The position numbers and the translations under genes are program-made. From the human T2T-CHM13v2.0 reference genome, Homo sapiens, in NCBI RefSeq assembly GCF_009914755.1, contig NC_060939.1: 64,000 nucleotides of DNA; one strand, written 5' to 3'. Every line of letters starts with the position of its first letter. The stretch's first letter is position 1. Below are positions 1 through 12,659 of the stretch, piece by piece. A model generated the notes under the pieces. It saw only the letters and a list, made by a program, of their open reading frames with translations, searched no databases and was not told the origin of the DNA.

Positions 1-237
1 TGATCTCAGCTCACTGCAATCTCTGCCTCCCGGGCTCAAGCAGTTCTTCTGTCTCAACCTCCCGAGTAGCTGGGATTACAGGCACCCGCAATCATGCTCG
101 GCTAATTTTCATATTTTTGTAGAGACAGGGTCTCACCATGTTGGCCAGGCTGGTCTAGAACTCCTGACCTCAGGTGATCCACCCACCTCAGCCTCCCAAA
201 ATGCTGGGGTTACAGGTGTTAGCCACCGCACTCAGCC
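1..237 (-). mobile_element. AluS SINE, cut by the window edge
   Basis: Antisense Alu body: ...ctcctgacctcaggtgatcc...gccaccgcactcagcc. Confidence 0.95.
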
Positions 238-749
238 TTGAAGAGACACTGGGCCTTTTAAGAGACACTGGGTGCTGACTCACTTCTGGGTCTGCCCCAT
301 GGGTGGCCCACCGGGTCTGCTCTGGGTGCAGCCAGGCTGTGCACGTCAGGGAGCCTGAGCTGGACTTAAGGTGGGGAGACATCACTCCCCAAGAGCTGCT
401 CGGGTGCGACATCAGGGTGGAGGCTGTTGCTGTGTGTGGCGGCATCACTCATTTACCCTCGTCTCATCAGCCTCTGTCCTTCGGCTCATCTGCTTGCAGG
501 TGGCCTCTGATTCTGCCTCTGGAGCCTGTCTGCCCCCTCTTGATTCATTCATTGGGTCCCAAATATGTGAACAATAGCATGCTAGCCACTTTTAGAAATA
601 TTTGTGTTCATCTTCAAGAGAGGGGGGTCATCCAGCCATTCCCCAGCCCTCAAAACCCACTCCACAGACAAAGCAGTGGCGGGTCAGGGCTCCTCTTGCT
701 CTTCTGAGCCGCTGGCATAGCGAACACGGTACAAAATAAAAGGATTTCA

Positions 750-1143
750 CATGCAATAGAATTTCATTCACCCTGAAAAGGGAAGGAAATTCTGACACAG
801 GCTACAATATGGATAAACCTTGAGGACATCCTGCTAGAGCCAGTCACAAAAGGACAAGTACTGTGTCATTCCACTTCTCTGAGGCACCCACAGTAGAGTC
901 ACAGAGACAGGAAGTAGAATGCGGGTGGCCAGGGGCTGGAGAGAGCAGGGAGTGGGGAGCTGGTGTTTAATGGGTGCAGAGGTTCTGTTGTGAAGATGGA
1001 AAAGTTCTGGAGATGCATGGTGGTGAAGACGGCACAACAGTGTGAATGTACTTAATGCCACTGAACTCTACACCTAAAAATGGTTAAGATGATAAATTTT
1101 ACATTATGTATATTTACCACAATAAAAGAAATAAGAAATAAAA
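750..1143 (+). mobile_element. L1M (L1MB-like) 3' end fragment
   Basis: aggaaattctgacaca..., aagttctggagatg..ggtggtga, tacttaatgccactgaact, A-rich tail. Confidence 0.85.
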
Positions 1144-1230
1144 GGTTTTTGGATGATGAACGGGCTCGAGCCAATTTGGACCCTCTAAAGCTAAGTTGAG
1201 CCAGGCTGAACCCATGTAGCCAGAATCATA

Positions 1231-1514
1231 CTGGATTAGGCTGTTCTAGCACTTCACGTGGTGAGAATGGGGGAGAGAGAGAGAGATTGATTGATCAGGG
1301 GGCTGTGCAGGGGGCGTGCTACACACTTGTAAACAGCCAGATCTCTTGTGAACTCAGAGCAAGAGTTCACCTATCACCAAGAGGATGGCCCAAGTCATTC
1401 ATGAGAGATTTGCCCCATGATCCAGACACTTACCTCCCACCAGGCCCCACCACCAGCATTGGGGATTGCATTTCAATATGAGATTGAGGTGGGGACAAAT
1501 ATCCAAACTGTATC
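1231..1514 (-). mobile_element. MaLR LTR (MST family), partial
   Basis: cccatgatcca...cctcccaccaggcccca...ggggattgcatttcaatatgagatt...ccaaactgtatca terminus. Confidence 0.8.
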
Positions 1515-2979
1515 ACCCACAAAGAAGCAAAAACATTTTGGGCCAAATCAAAACTATTTTGATGTAGCCACAGTAGGGATGAGCTGTGATTACACCCATT
1601 CAGGCCTGTGGACCTGCGGACCTGGCGTGTGTGGTCGTGGGGCGGTGCGTGGGCACATCCCTGGGAGGTTTCAGGAGGACATTCAAGACCAAAATGAGCC
1701 ATGAGTAAATAATACAACCACATCCTGAGTGGGAGTGGGGGAGCCTCCCCTTCTCTCCTAGGTCTTGTATGGGTCATGATCCCACCTTGGCAGGAGTGGA
1801 AGGAACACAGATCCTACAGGCTGTGGCTTATAGTAAAGTGACTGTGGTCATGCCTTGTGAGTGTCATTAAAATAAACAGATATCGTTAAATCCACTATCA
1901 AATAACAGCGATTTCTGCTATCCTTTCACCTTTTCCACAAGTTTAAATATCCCAGATATTCTACTGTGTATATTCCTAAAAGTAGACAGGTAGATTTAGT
2001 GAAGTTAACTGGATCATTGGTATCTTCTTTATAGATCATCTGGTGAAACTTGTTTTGCAAATTATGAGTTGTAGGCCTTTGTTTTAATGTCTGTAGCCTT
2101 AGGCAGTTCCATTGAGACTAACTCAGTTTTTTTCTTATTAGGACTAATCTTATTGACCGGAACTGTGGACTCCCCGTATTAGGAGAACAGAGATCTGGCC
2201 TGTGTAAATGAGTGGAAGTTAAATACTGTAGAAAATGCCCTCTGGAAACTGAAATCTAATGCTGACTTACTATTGGTCATTTAATTTCCTTCTGGCTTGG
2301 GCACCATCGTTACATTCATTTTTCAGATGTCAAGCTAGTTTTCTCAGAATGTGTGCAGGGCTCGAGGCCGAGTGTGGAGGCCACTGGGTGAATACAGGAG
2401 AGGTCACAGGTCAAGCCTCCTGCGAGAACTGCAGGCTTGAGCCTTCGATAGAGCCACGTGAATGATTTTTAGCCCCACTAGGTTGCTGTCATTAAACTAT
2501 GCACACAGGGCTTCTTGCTTTTAAGTTAGCAGGATGGAAAAATTGCAGGTGTTTGCAGCAAACATGAAGAACCAGCCATGCTGGCCCCTAAGCAATGGTA
2601 TTAGAAAGGGTTGGTGAAGATTTTCTCATTTGAGAACTGAACAAAACCAAATGGAATTCTCCCTAGTTCTGCAGCTCTGGGGGCTGTAAGCGGCGGAGCT
2701 TCCACCTTCCCCACAAACGGACCCAGAGTGGCACCTGGTATGTGAGGCAGGTGACCAGGAGAAGGGGGTGTCAGTGGTTGATGGGCAGCTGCCTCTGCTG
2801 CCTGGTTGACCCAGCCCCTTCCTGGGTCATCTCCCACTTTGCCTGGGTGTCAGTCACTGGAGGGTTAGCGCAGTACAAGCTGGCGGGTGACCTCCGTAGA
2901 GCTTAGGTGAAGGGGCTCTCACAGGGCAGTATGTTTGAGACCCTTAGAGGGCTCTCCTTACTCTTGCTTCTCCCATTAT

Positions 2980-3570
2980 TTTTAAATTGTAGTAATACAC
3001 TTGTAACATAAAGTTTACCATTTTAAAGTGTACAATTCAGTGGCATTTAGTACAATGTTGTGCAACCACCTCTGATATTTAGTTCCAGAACATTTTCACT
3101 GCCCCCAGAGGAGACCCTGTACTTATTAAGCAGTCACTCCTCATTCTTCCCTCTCCCCGCAGCCCCCACAATGAAAAATCTGTTTTCTCACTTTGGATTT
3201 GCCTATTCCGGATATTCCATAAAGACGGGATCAGACAATATGTGCCCTTTAGTGTCTGGCTTATTTCACCAACATAATGTTTTCAGGGTTCATCCCTGTT
3301 GTAGCACGTGTCAGTACTTCGTTCATTTCTGTGGCTGAATGATATTCCACTGAATGGCTATGTTTTTATTTTCATTTTTACTTTTTGAGATGGAGTTTCA
3401 CTCGTCGCCCAGGCTGGAGTGCAGTGGTGTGATCTCGGCTCACTGCAGCTGAAGGGCTATATTAAGTTTCATTTATCCATTCATCCACTGAGGGACATTT
3501 GAGTTGTTTCTACCTTTTGATTAATGTGAATTCTGCTGCTGTGACCATGTGTATACAAGCTTTTGGGAAA
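2980..3570 (-). mobile_element. L1MB-like 3' end, interrupted by a short Alu
   Basis: aagtgtacaattcagtggcatttagtaca...ttccagaacattttc...ggctgaatgatattcca...ggacatttgagttgtttc. Confidence 0.85.
3362..3448 (-). mobile_element. Severely 5'-truncated Alu (tail plus ~65 bp) with TSD
   Basis: gagatggagtttcactc...ggctcactgcag flanked by ctgaatggctat (3350-3361) and ctgaagggctat (3449-3460). Confidence 0.85.
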
Positions 3571-3599
3571 TTTTATTTGGCTAGTCGTAACTTTAAGTT

Positions 3600-4110
3600 T
3601 TGTTTTGGCTATTTATTGTTGCTTAACCAATTATCCCAAAACTTAATGGCATAAAACGGCAAATTTGTCTCTCTCTCACTATTGTATGGGTTAATGGGCT
3701 AGCTGGACAGTTTTTCTGCTGGTCTCATTTGGCAGCTCTCACTGTGCAGTTAGACAGTGTCAGGGACTGGTCGTCTGGATGCTCAGCTGCAGTGGAACGT
3801 CTGAGACGGCTTCTTCACCCACAGGTCTGCTGCCTTGGTGTTTCTTCATGTGGCCTTTCTACATAGCATCTCATACTCTTGGCCCTCTTCATGTAGCTTC
3901 TCTTTCTCCAAGAGGATAGTCAGTTCTTCTTTTTGGCTTCCAGAAGCACAAAAGTGCAAGCTGTCAGATGTTCTTAAGGCTTAGACCTAGAACAGGTCCA
4001 GTTTCATTTCTACCACATTCTATAGGTTAAAGGAAGTCTCGGAGCCAACCTTGATTCACTGTGGAATGGGCCCTTCCGAGGACCTGAATGACAGGAGTTG
4101 TGGCTCATTG
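3600..4110 (-). mobile_element. Old MaLR LTR (MLT1-type)
   Basis: tattgttgcttaaccaattatcccaaaacttaatggcataaaac... typical of an MLT1 end; highly diverged. Confidence 0.55.
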
Positions 4111-4393
4111 GGGACCAACTCCAAAGATGAAGCCTGAGTTCTGAGAACTTTTTCTTCTCTGATTACTCCTTATTCATATTTTATGTTTTGTTTTATAGAT
4201 GTAATATATTCACAAGTGTCTTTAAGGAGCTATTTTGATACTCTTTTGTCCTCTCCCTAGCATGTCTTTTTTCTTTAATAATTTTTTTCTTAGTTTATTT
4301 TGGTCTTATTTTTCTTTCAAAAGCCTTTCCCAAAATATCTATTCTATGTTGCTCATCATTTGTCATCTTTTTTAAAATGCCCCCTTTTGTTCA

Positions 4394-4855
<462 letters not shown>

Positions 4856-5713
4856 TTATCTCTTTGCGCAATCATAAATGATGGCAGGAACTACTCCATT
4901 CCTCTGGAGGTGAAATCTACGTTCTCTTGCCTGAGGTAGATACATGTTTGCTGGGGTTCTGCTTAAGGAAATGTGGGAGAACCATGTGTTTCAGGGCCTG
5001 GAAAATGTGTTCTGTATGTAGGCTTTTGGTTAATCTGTTTTCAGTCTTGCCTATCAGTCCCACTCTCCGGGGTACCTGGTGTCGGAGTCTAGTGCCTCTG
5101 CAGGGTACTGTGGGACAAATTAGCCTCCTTGTTATCGGTATCCCCCTAACCTCCACCTTTGTTTGCTTTGCTTCATTAATTAACCATTTCCCATTTACTG
5201 TCATTGTCTATTGGAGGTGAATTCTCTTCTCTTGGTAACCCCATCCCTTTTTTTTGGTAATTGTGTGTGTTTATACAATCTTTATTCTTCACTGTAATTC
5301 CCATGGAGCCTCAGGAAAAAGAGCAGATGGGAGAAATATGTGTTCAGTGTTCAGTTTTCCTTCTGTAAGACACCTGCAACCTGTGTTTTTCACAGAATAG
5401 ACCATGGACTTAAAGCATAAAGAGCTACTTTGTTTTTCATGATTGTGCCTTCAATTCTATGTAGAAATATAATCTGTGAATTACCTGATGAAATTTTCCT
5501 AATTTTGAATCATCCTTGTATTCCTATAATAAACACTGTTAGAATGCATATGGTAGTGTTTTATTTTTGCATTTTTACTTTTATATTAAATAAGATTATA
5601 GTTTTGTTTCCTTCCTTCTAGGCTCTTATTTCATTTCCGTACCAATGGTATGCAGGGCTGACTTGGGAAGCTTACATGTTTTTCTAAGATCTAGGATGTA
5701 GCTCTAGTTAACA

Positions 5714-5927
5714 CAGTAATTTTCAACTGAAGGAGATTTTTGCCCCCCATGGGATGTCTGGAAATAATCTGGAGACATTTTCGGTTGTCACAACTGGTCA
5801 TGATGGGAGGTGCTATTGGCATCTCTTGGGTAGAGGGGGTGTTACTAAACGTCCTACAACACACAGGAGAACCCTCCACAAATTGTCTGGCCCAGTATAT
5901 ACACATCGCTGAGGCTGAGAAACCCTG
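5714..5927 (+). mobile_element. MER20 (hAT-Charlie) DNA transposon
   Basis: cagt...gatttttgcccccc...tctggagacattttcggttgtcacaactgg...gaggctgagaaaccctg matches MER20 layout end to end. Confidence 0.9.
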
Positions 5928-6042
5928 GTTTAAATAAATGTCCAATTTGGAGAGTGAGTCTTTGACTGCCATTTTTCTTCTTCTATGTGTTGGTCTCCAG
6001 ATTTCCCACTTTTTCAGTTAGTTGTAGTAACTGTAGATTCTT

Positions 6043-6065
6043 AAAAAAAAAAAAAAAAAAAAAAA
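6043..6065 (+). repeat. poly(A) run
   Basis: Uninterrupted A tract. Confidence 0.9.
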
Positions 6066-6749
6066 GGATTGCTTCATCTTTACTTCTAGGCTGCTGTAAA
6101 GATGTATAAGGTTTTCACTTTTTGCATCATATTCACATTAGAAACAGCTGAGTTTTGGAGGGAACACATTCAAACGGTAGCAAATTTAGTAGAGCAAATT
6201 CCAAAGACATTGAGTCTAGGCCAGTTGTCAGTCCTGGGTATAATTTTAGATGTTTTCAGGCTCTGAAGCTTTGCATTTAAATGCAAATTTCGGAACAAAG
6301 ATCTGTGTCTCTGCACTGACCAAATAGAAGGTATGTGAATGTTATGGTCTTGATTGTTTTACAAGATTTTTTCTGCAGGTACTTTTGCAAGCGTGTAGGG
6401 AGAGATGAGAAGTTCCAACGAAAAGGGTGTGAGGTCTTTGGGGCCAGCTTTGAGCTGGCAAGGCTAAATTATAGGAAGAAGGCAGAGAGGTGGGCAGAGA
6501 CCAGATGTGGGAGGACTTCCTGTGTCATGCCATGGAGTCTGGACTCCACCCTGTAGGTGACAGGAGCCAAGACAGGGCTTGGCACAAACACATGGCACAT
6601 TTGTGGTTAAGAAACGTCTTCCTTGCTTCCTTGTGGCCTTGAGGGATGAATTAAGGGGCTGGAAAACTGGCAGCAGGACGGCCTGTGCCCATGTTTCAGC
6701 TGAGAGCCGGGTGGGTGGCAGGGGCTACGGAGAAGGTGGTTGAGTTTAG

Positions 6750-7127
<378 letters not shown>

Positions 7128-7226
7128 TAATTTCTTCATGCTTAAAATGAAGGAAACGTGAATCATTGATAAGGTGTCCCCTCTTTAACAAAGCAACAGA
7201 TGGTTTATCAGGGCCTCTCTTCGCAG

Positions 7227-7282
7227 GCAGTGGGGCCTCATCCACAACCCTGGAAAAGAACTGGAAAGCGTTGCTCAGCCAG
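7227..7282 (+). other. Candidate isolated internal exon (56 nt)
   Basis: Acceptor ctctcttcgcag| and donor CAG|gtacgg; splice signals only, no transcript evidence. Confidence 0.3.
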
Positions 7283-7341
7283 GTACGGAGGGCAGGGCCA
7301 TGTGGGACTCCCGTCTCCAGGCCCCCTCTCCCCAGCTCCCG

Positions 7342-7414
7342 TTTCTTTCTTTCTTTCTTTCTTTCTTTTTTTTCTGAGACGGAGTTTCTCTCTTGTTGCC
7401 CAGGCTGGAGTGCA
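7342..7414 (-). mobile_element. Alu 3' stub with (TTTC)n tail, abruptly truncated
   Basis: gagacggagtttctctcttgttgcccaggctggagtgca then non-Alu sequence; no TSD seen. Confidence 0.85.
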
Positions 7415-7634
7415 TGTTGCTGTGCACTTTGAGGGCAGGAACTGGCTCCTGCTCCAGTTTGCATCCTCTGCGCCCGGCACCAGGCCCGTCTGCTCAATGC
7501 AGGATAAGCAGGTAGCTTCGGGCTGTCCACCCAGCCCTTGCAGAGGGTGGAGCTACAGAGAGCATGAGTGGCCAAGATGAAGCCCTCATTGGATTCTTTG
7601 ACTCTTTCTACTATGTGAGATATTCTTGATGTCT

Positions 7635-8055
7635 GAGGGATGAACGGCAAACAAAGTGTGGCCTACCCATACAATGGGGACAGTAGTTAGCCCTAAGAAG
7701 GAAGGAAGTTCTGACGCACGCTACAACACAGGTGGGCCTTGAGAACGTCACGCTAAGTCAAAGAAGCCAGTTGGAAAAAGACAAATGATTGTATGATTTC
7801 ACTCACATGTGGCACCTGGAGTCGTCAAATTCAGAGACAGAAAGTAGAATGGTGGCTGCCAGGGGCTGGGGGAGGCGGAAAGGGGAGTTAGTGGACACAG
7901 AGTTTCAGATTGCAAGATGAAGAAAGTTCTGGAGATGGATGGTGGTGATGGTTGCACAACACTCTGAGTGTATTTAATGCCACAGAATCATACACGTAGA
8001 AGTATTTCAGATGGTAAATTTCATCTTTTGTGTATTTACCATAATTTTTAAAAAC
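7635..8055 (+). mobile_element. L1MB-like 3' end
   Basis: aggaagttctgac..., cagaaagtagaatggtggctgccaggggctgg, aagttctggagatggatggtggtgatggttgcacaaca. Confidence 0.85.
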
Positions 8056-10144
8056 TAAGAAAATTAAGATATCCTTGATGTCAGACGCCAGGAGAGCGGT
8101 GTCAGGCATCTCACCAGCCGATTCTCCCAGAAGTTTTCCTCCATCGGGTAACCACGAGCCTGGGGTATCACAAAGAGAAGCCTCAGTGTAAAATCAACAA
8201 TCTCAGTGGAGTGGCTTCATCAGGGAGTGACAGGGGCGTGATTTACTACTGGAGGACAAGGCAGCAGGCAGGGAAGATGGCCCAAGCCTGCTTTGAACTG
8301 TAAGGAGCACGCAGAACCTCTTATCCAGACGGGGGCTGCCCTGTTGACAGCACAAGCAGCTCAGGGCCAGCGGCGCAGGAAAACCCCAGGGTCCAGCCAG
8401 GTCACGGGCACAGGCCTGCACTCACGGGTCACTGCAGTGAGGATGGAGGTGTCACTGCAAATGCGTAAGAGGATATTTTCAGCAATAGTAAAATTTTTAA
8501 CAGATTTTAGAAATGAAAGGGTTCCCCCTGCATATGTCAAGAACCTGAGTTTCTTTCTGAAACTTGGGTGGGACCCTTTAGAGTTGCTTCAAATAGAAAA
8601 CACACCATCGGCGGCCACTCCCCTGAGGAAAGGCAGACTTCATGGCTGAAAGCGTCACCCAAGTGCTCCCGGTTTTCAGCATCACATGGAGTGGCTCAGG
8701 TGCCCATTCATTTTATGAGTCAGCCTGGGGAGAGTACCCACAGATTCGGAGTCACATCTCTGATGGGACACAAGCTCTACCCTTTCCAAGCATTGATGAT
8801 CCTGAGGTTGATCAATACTGAGCATTGATGTCTGTGAAAACAAATCACTTAGGTGCAGAGACACCGCAATGACCATCCCGCCGGGGGCAACCGCCTGATT
8901 CCTTCCACATCCTGGTCAACATCCCTGGCCAACAGGGCAGCCCACGGACAGCTGCTCTGCCTGGCTCCTGCTGAAAAGCCAACAGCACAACAACTCTGCC
9001 CTCCATACAAAACCACATGGGCCCTCGAGATCACACTGGGGCGCCCCCTTTGCCCCCACTTCCTTGGGCTGTGGCTGGCCTGTCTGACATTTGCCCTGGG
9101 AGATGAGCCAGGGTCTGCCCAGGCCACCACGGGGGCAGAGACGTGAAGCAGGCTGCAGCTACTAATTTTCCATTAAACGAGAAGAAAATCGGCTATTGTG
9201 AGAAGAGTCACATGAAGGTACCTAAAAGTTGTCACAGTCCACTCACTCGAAATAAAACCCATCCCATTAGGAACACTGTCATTGCAGCCCATCTCCAGCA
9301 CTCTGCTCTGTATAAAAGACTGACTGTGGCAAGATAAGGGTTTAAAATTGAAAATCAAAGAGCCATTCCTCAGTGATACCCAGGAAATGACGCACACGGG
9401 CAGATATTAAACCCACCCACACCAAGAATCCTAAAAGTTACCATACAGATTACTGGTTTTCAAGCAACACACAATGATACAAGTAAGTCCTCAAGAAGGC
9501 TGCATGGGTTGAGGCACTGGACTTCTCATCATGCCATCTCTCAGCTCAGGGGTCCATGACAAAGCTAACCCCACTGAGATGAAAAGCCACTTACCCCTTT
9601 TTCATCACTTGCAATACAAATTTCAGAACCCATCCCAAACTGGAAGGAAGGATACGACTGAAACTCAACTCATGCCCAGCTAACCTGGGAAGTACACCCT
9701 CCTCAGATAATGGAGACCCACCAATTCCCGGGTGTCAGACGTCACACAACCTCTTCTCCCACCAGGGCTGGGGACCCTCAGGAAAGTCAGGTGTCCCTGA
9801 GAAACACCCGGCAACATGCAGAACCACAGGGACAGGAGGCAAGGTTCCAGACAAATACACCCAGTAGACAGTTAAAGATTTCAGAGCTGGAGAGAGCTTA
9901 GGACACCCCGATTCTCAGACTGCAGACAGCAGGTGGACACCACTGAGCTGGCGACAGCCCCAAAAGAGGTCAGCTTGACTGCGACGAGGGGACGTCTTCA
10001 TTATCTGTCCAGTGCTCTCTGACATCACCCCACCCCGCCTCCTGTAGCAGTGTTCTATCTACATGAAATTAACCTCACGTATAAAACATATTCCTGGTTC
10101 ATTGGCAAACAGGCAGCTCTGAGCAGCACATTCAGAAGTTGCCA

Positions 10145-10380
10145 ACTTTGGGAGGCAGAGGAGTTCGAGATCAGCCTGGGCAACATGGTGAAACCCCATC
10201 TCTAGGAAACATTTATAAGTCAGCTGGATATGGAGGCACGTGCCTGTGATCCCAGCTACTCTGGAGGCTGAGGTGAGAGGATCACTTGAGCTCAAGTGGT
10301 CAAGGCTGCAGTGAGCCAAGATCACACCACTGCACTCCAGTCTGAGCAACATAGTGAGATCCCGTCTCAAAAAGAAAAGA
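10145..10380 (+). mobile_element. AluJ, 5'-truncated or internally deleted
   Basis: ctttgggagg...gaggatcacttgagc...ggctgcagtgagccaagatcacaccactgcactccag. Confidence 0.9.
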
Positions 10381-10607
10381 GGTTGCCAGATTAATCCAGT
10401 ACACACTTCTTTAATCCCGTAGTAAATTTTCTCTTTATAGCCAATTCCCAAAGTCAAGTATATTGACTCATAAAAATACCTTCTGGGAAGCATGTGACTG
10501 ATTTCCAGCTGAGAGGCCCTGCCACTGGATGGTTAAGTTCATAGGCCCCAGAGTCAGAAGGGGGTTGGAATCTCCCCTCTGCCATGCCTGCTACTTGGCC
10601 TTGTGTA

Positions 10608-10658
10608 CGCTCGCGCTCGTGCGCTTGTGCGCTCTCTCTCGCTCTCGCTCTCTCTCTC
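10608..10658. repeat. CpG-rich degenerate (CG/CT) microsatellite
   Basis: cgctcgcgctcgtgcgcttgtgcgctctctctcgctctcgctctctctctc. Confidence 0.8.
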
Positions 10659-10678
10659 ATGCTGATTCTGCAGGCATT

Positions 10679-10913
10679 CTACAGGCCTCCCATGTCCCAG
10701 GAGCCAGCTCTGTCCACAGTGCTCTTCCTGCTCCTGCTCCTGGCCAACCCTCCAACCAAGGTGTCTAGGAGCCACAGGGAAGAGCGGGTTCTCTTGCTAG
10801 TTGCTCTTCCACTAGGCTGTGACACGCTGGCCGAGCTCCGCCTCCACCGGCTCTGAAGACAGCACAGACAACTGTTCCACCTCTTCCACTTCCACTGAGC
10901 AGAGGAACTGCGT
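10679..10913 (-). CDS. Candidate last coding exon of a hypothetical 130-aa spliced ORF (RSSSAQWKWKRW...SWDMGGL*)
   Basis: Acceptor ccccatttctggcttcattcag|A at 10913; open in phase with the upstream candidate exons to TAG at 10679-10681. Confidence 0.25.
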
Positions 10914-12659
10914 CTGAATGAAGCCAGAAATGGGGCATTTGGGGACCGCAACAGAGAATGGATGCCTAGCAGATGGGAAGACGACAAACTAACAAACACC
11001 CAGGCCTTGGACCCACGCCTCCCGGTAGGCTCCCTCTCCTCTCCCTCTCCCCTCCATCACACTTCGGACCTTCCTGGGCCTGGATCACCTTCCTGGAAAG
11101 CTGACCACCCCCATGCCTCTGGGCGCCACTCCCCTGCCCTACCACCACAGGGCAACATGGGGCCACATCACGCCACCCTGCAGCTCCTGTTGGAAGAGGC
11201 TGAAATCCTGGCAACACCCACCCATCAGTCCCAAGTCCCCGAGCATCAGTACCTTCATGCAAAAGGCACTAGGTTGGCTGCTTTATCTCATAAGATGAGA
11301 AAATGATGCCCATCACCATAAACACATTGTTAGCTGGTATTGATAGCTGTTAACACCCTGAACAAAGACTAAATGAAAATGATGGAAACTAGTGTAAAAA
11401 GTCTATGATGTGCAAAATAACAAAATCTAACCTAGCAGTAGCCACTCCCTACCACTTGTCACAAGGAAGCACGAGGAACTCACAGCAACTGGCAGCTCCT
11501 GCAGGGCGGACACTCCAAGGTCAAGGCTAGAACATAAATGACAGGGAACAACTGAGGATGACCCTGAGCTTCACAGATTCCAGGGCCTCCCCTGGGGCCA
11601 TGGGTCCCAGTGGAAATTTGGTGGCACGGGCAGCATCTCCTGGTACAGTCAGGGTGGGGGCTCCCCTCAACCAGTTTGGTCCACCTCCATGGACCCTTTG
11701 GCCACTGAGTCACACATGCTGGCCCCACCACCTGCTTTGAGAACCAGAGCTGTACCCTACCCTCTTCTCCCTACCCCTCATCTGCCTGTGCAACCAGGGG
11801 GCCACCACCACTGCCTGGGGGTCCTCACGTTTGGAGGAAGCAGCTGAGGCTACCAGTGGCTGCCAGCTTGCTGGCATGGGTCCCAGACATTGCCACCACC
11901 ACAGCCACTGACAGCACCTGAGGAGACCCTCTGAGCCCCCTGCCTGAGGCCAAGCAGCAGAGAAAGCCACATCCTCTAAGGCCCCCATGGGTGAGCACCC
12001 ATGTGACAGCCCCTGCCAGACCACTGCCCTTGCCTGGAGAAACCACTCCCTAAGACCCCTCTCCTCCAGCTTGCCCAGCCACACAGGGAAAAAAACTCAC
12101 TTAAACTGTCCACCGGCCTGCTTCCACTCTGTGACACAGCGGCTGCCCTGGGGACTGCTGAGCTACAGGGACCCCCAGTCAAAGAGCCAACCCACTGACC
12201 ATGAAGCAGAAAGGCCCTCCTGAGGAGGGCCCCAGGGATCGCAGAGTGGACTAGTATCAAACACCCCTCCACGATGGACCCCATAACAAAAGGCATAAAT
12301 AACAAAAAAGAAAGGTCGACGATGGCAAATGATTCTCCAATAAAAAAATACGAGAGGAAGAATGACAAACCATTTACATCAACAGAGAGACTGAAGCAAG
12401 GTGGGCAGGCAGCCCACAAATTTAAAAGGCAACAACTTTTCTACAGACCAGCCATGATCAGCTAGAAAACAAGGCAAGAGGAGGGGATGATCCCAGTGAC
12501 AACAGCAGCAGAAGTGAGAGACGCACAAACATGCATGAATAAAGCAATGAAGCTCCAGTGATGGAGGCAAAGGACTTTTTACATAAATCAAAATCTGGAT
12601 GAGAAGAAAATACAAAAGCTCTCTCCTCTCCCCACCCCCAACCCCCACCATAAAACCCA

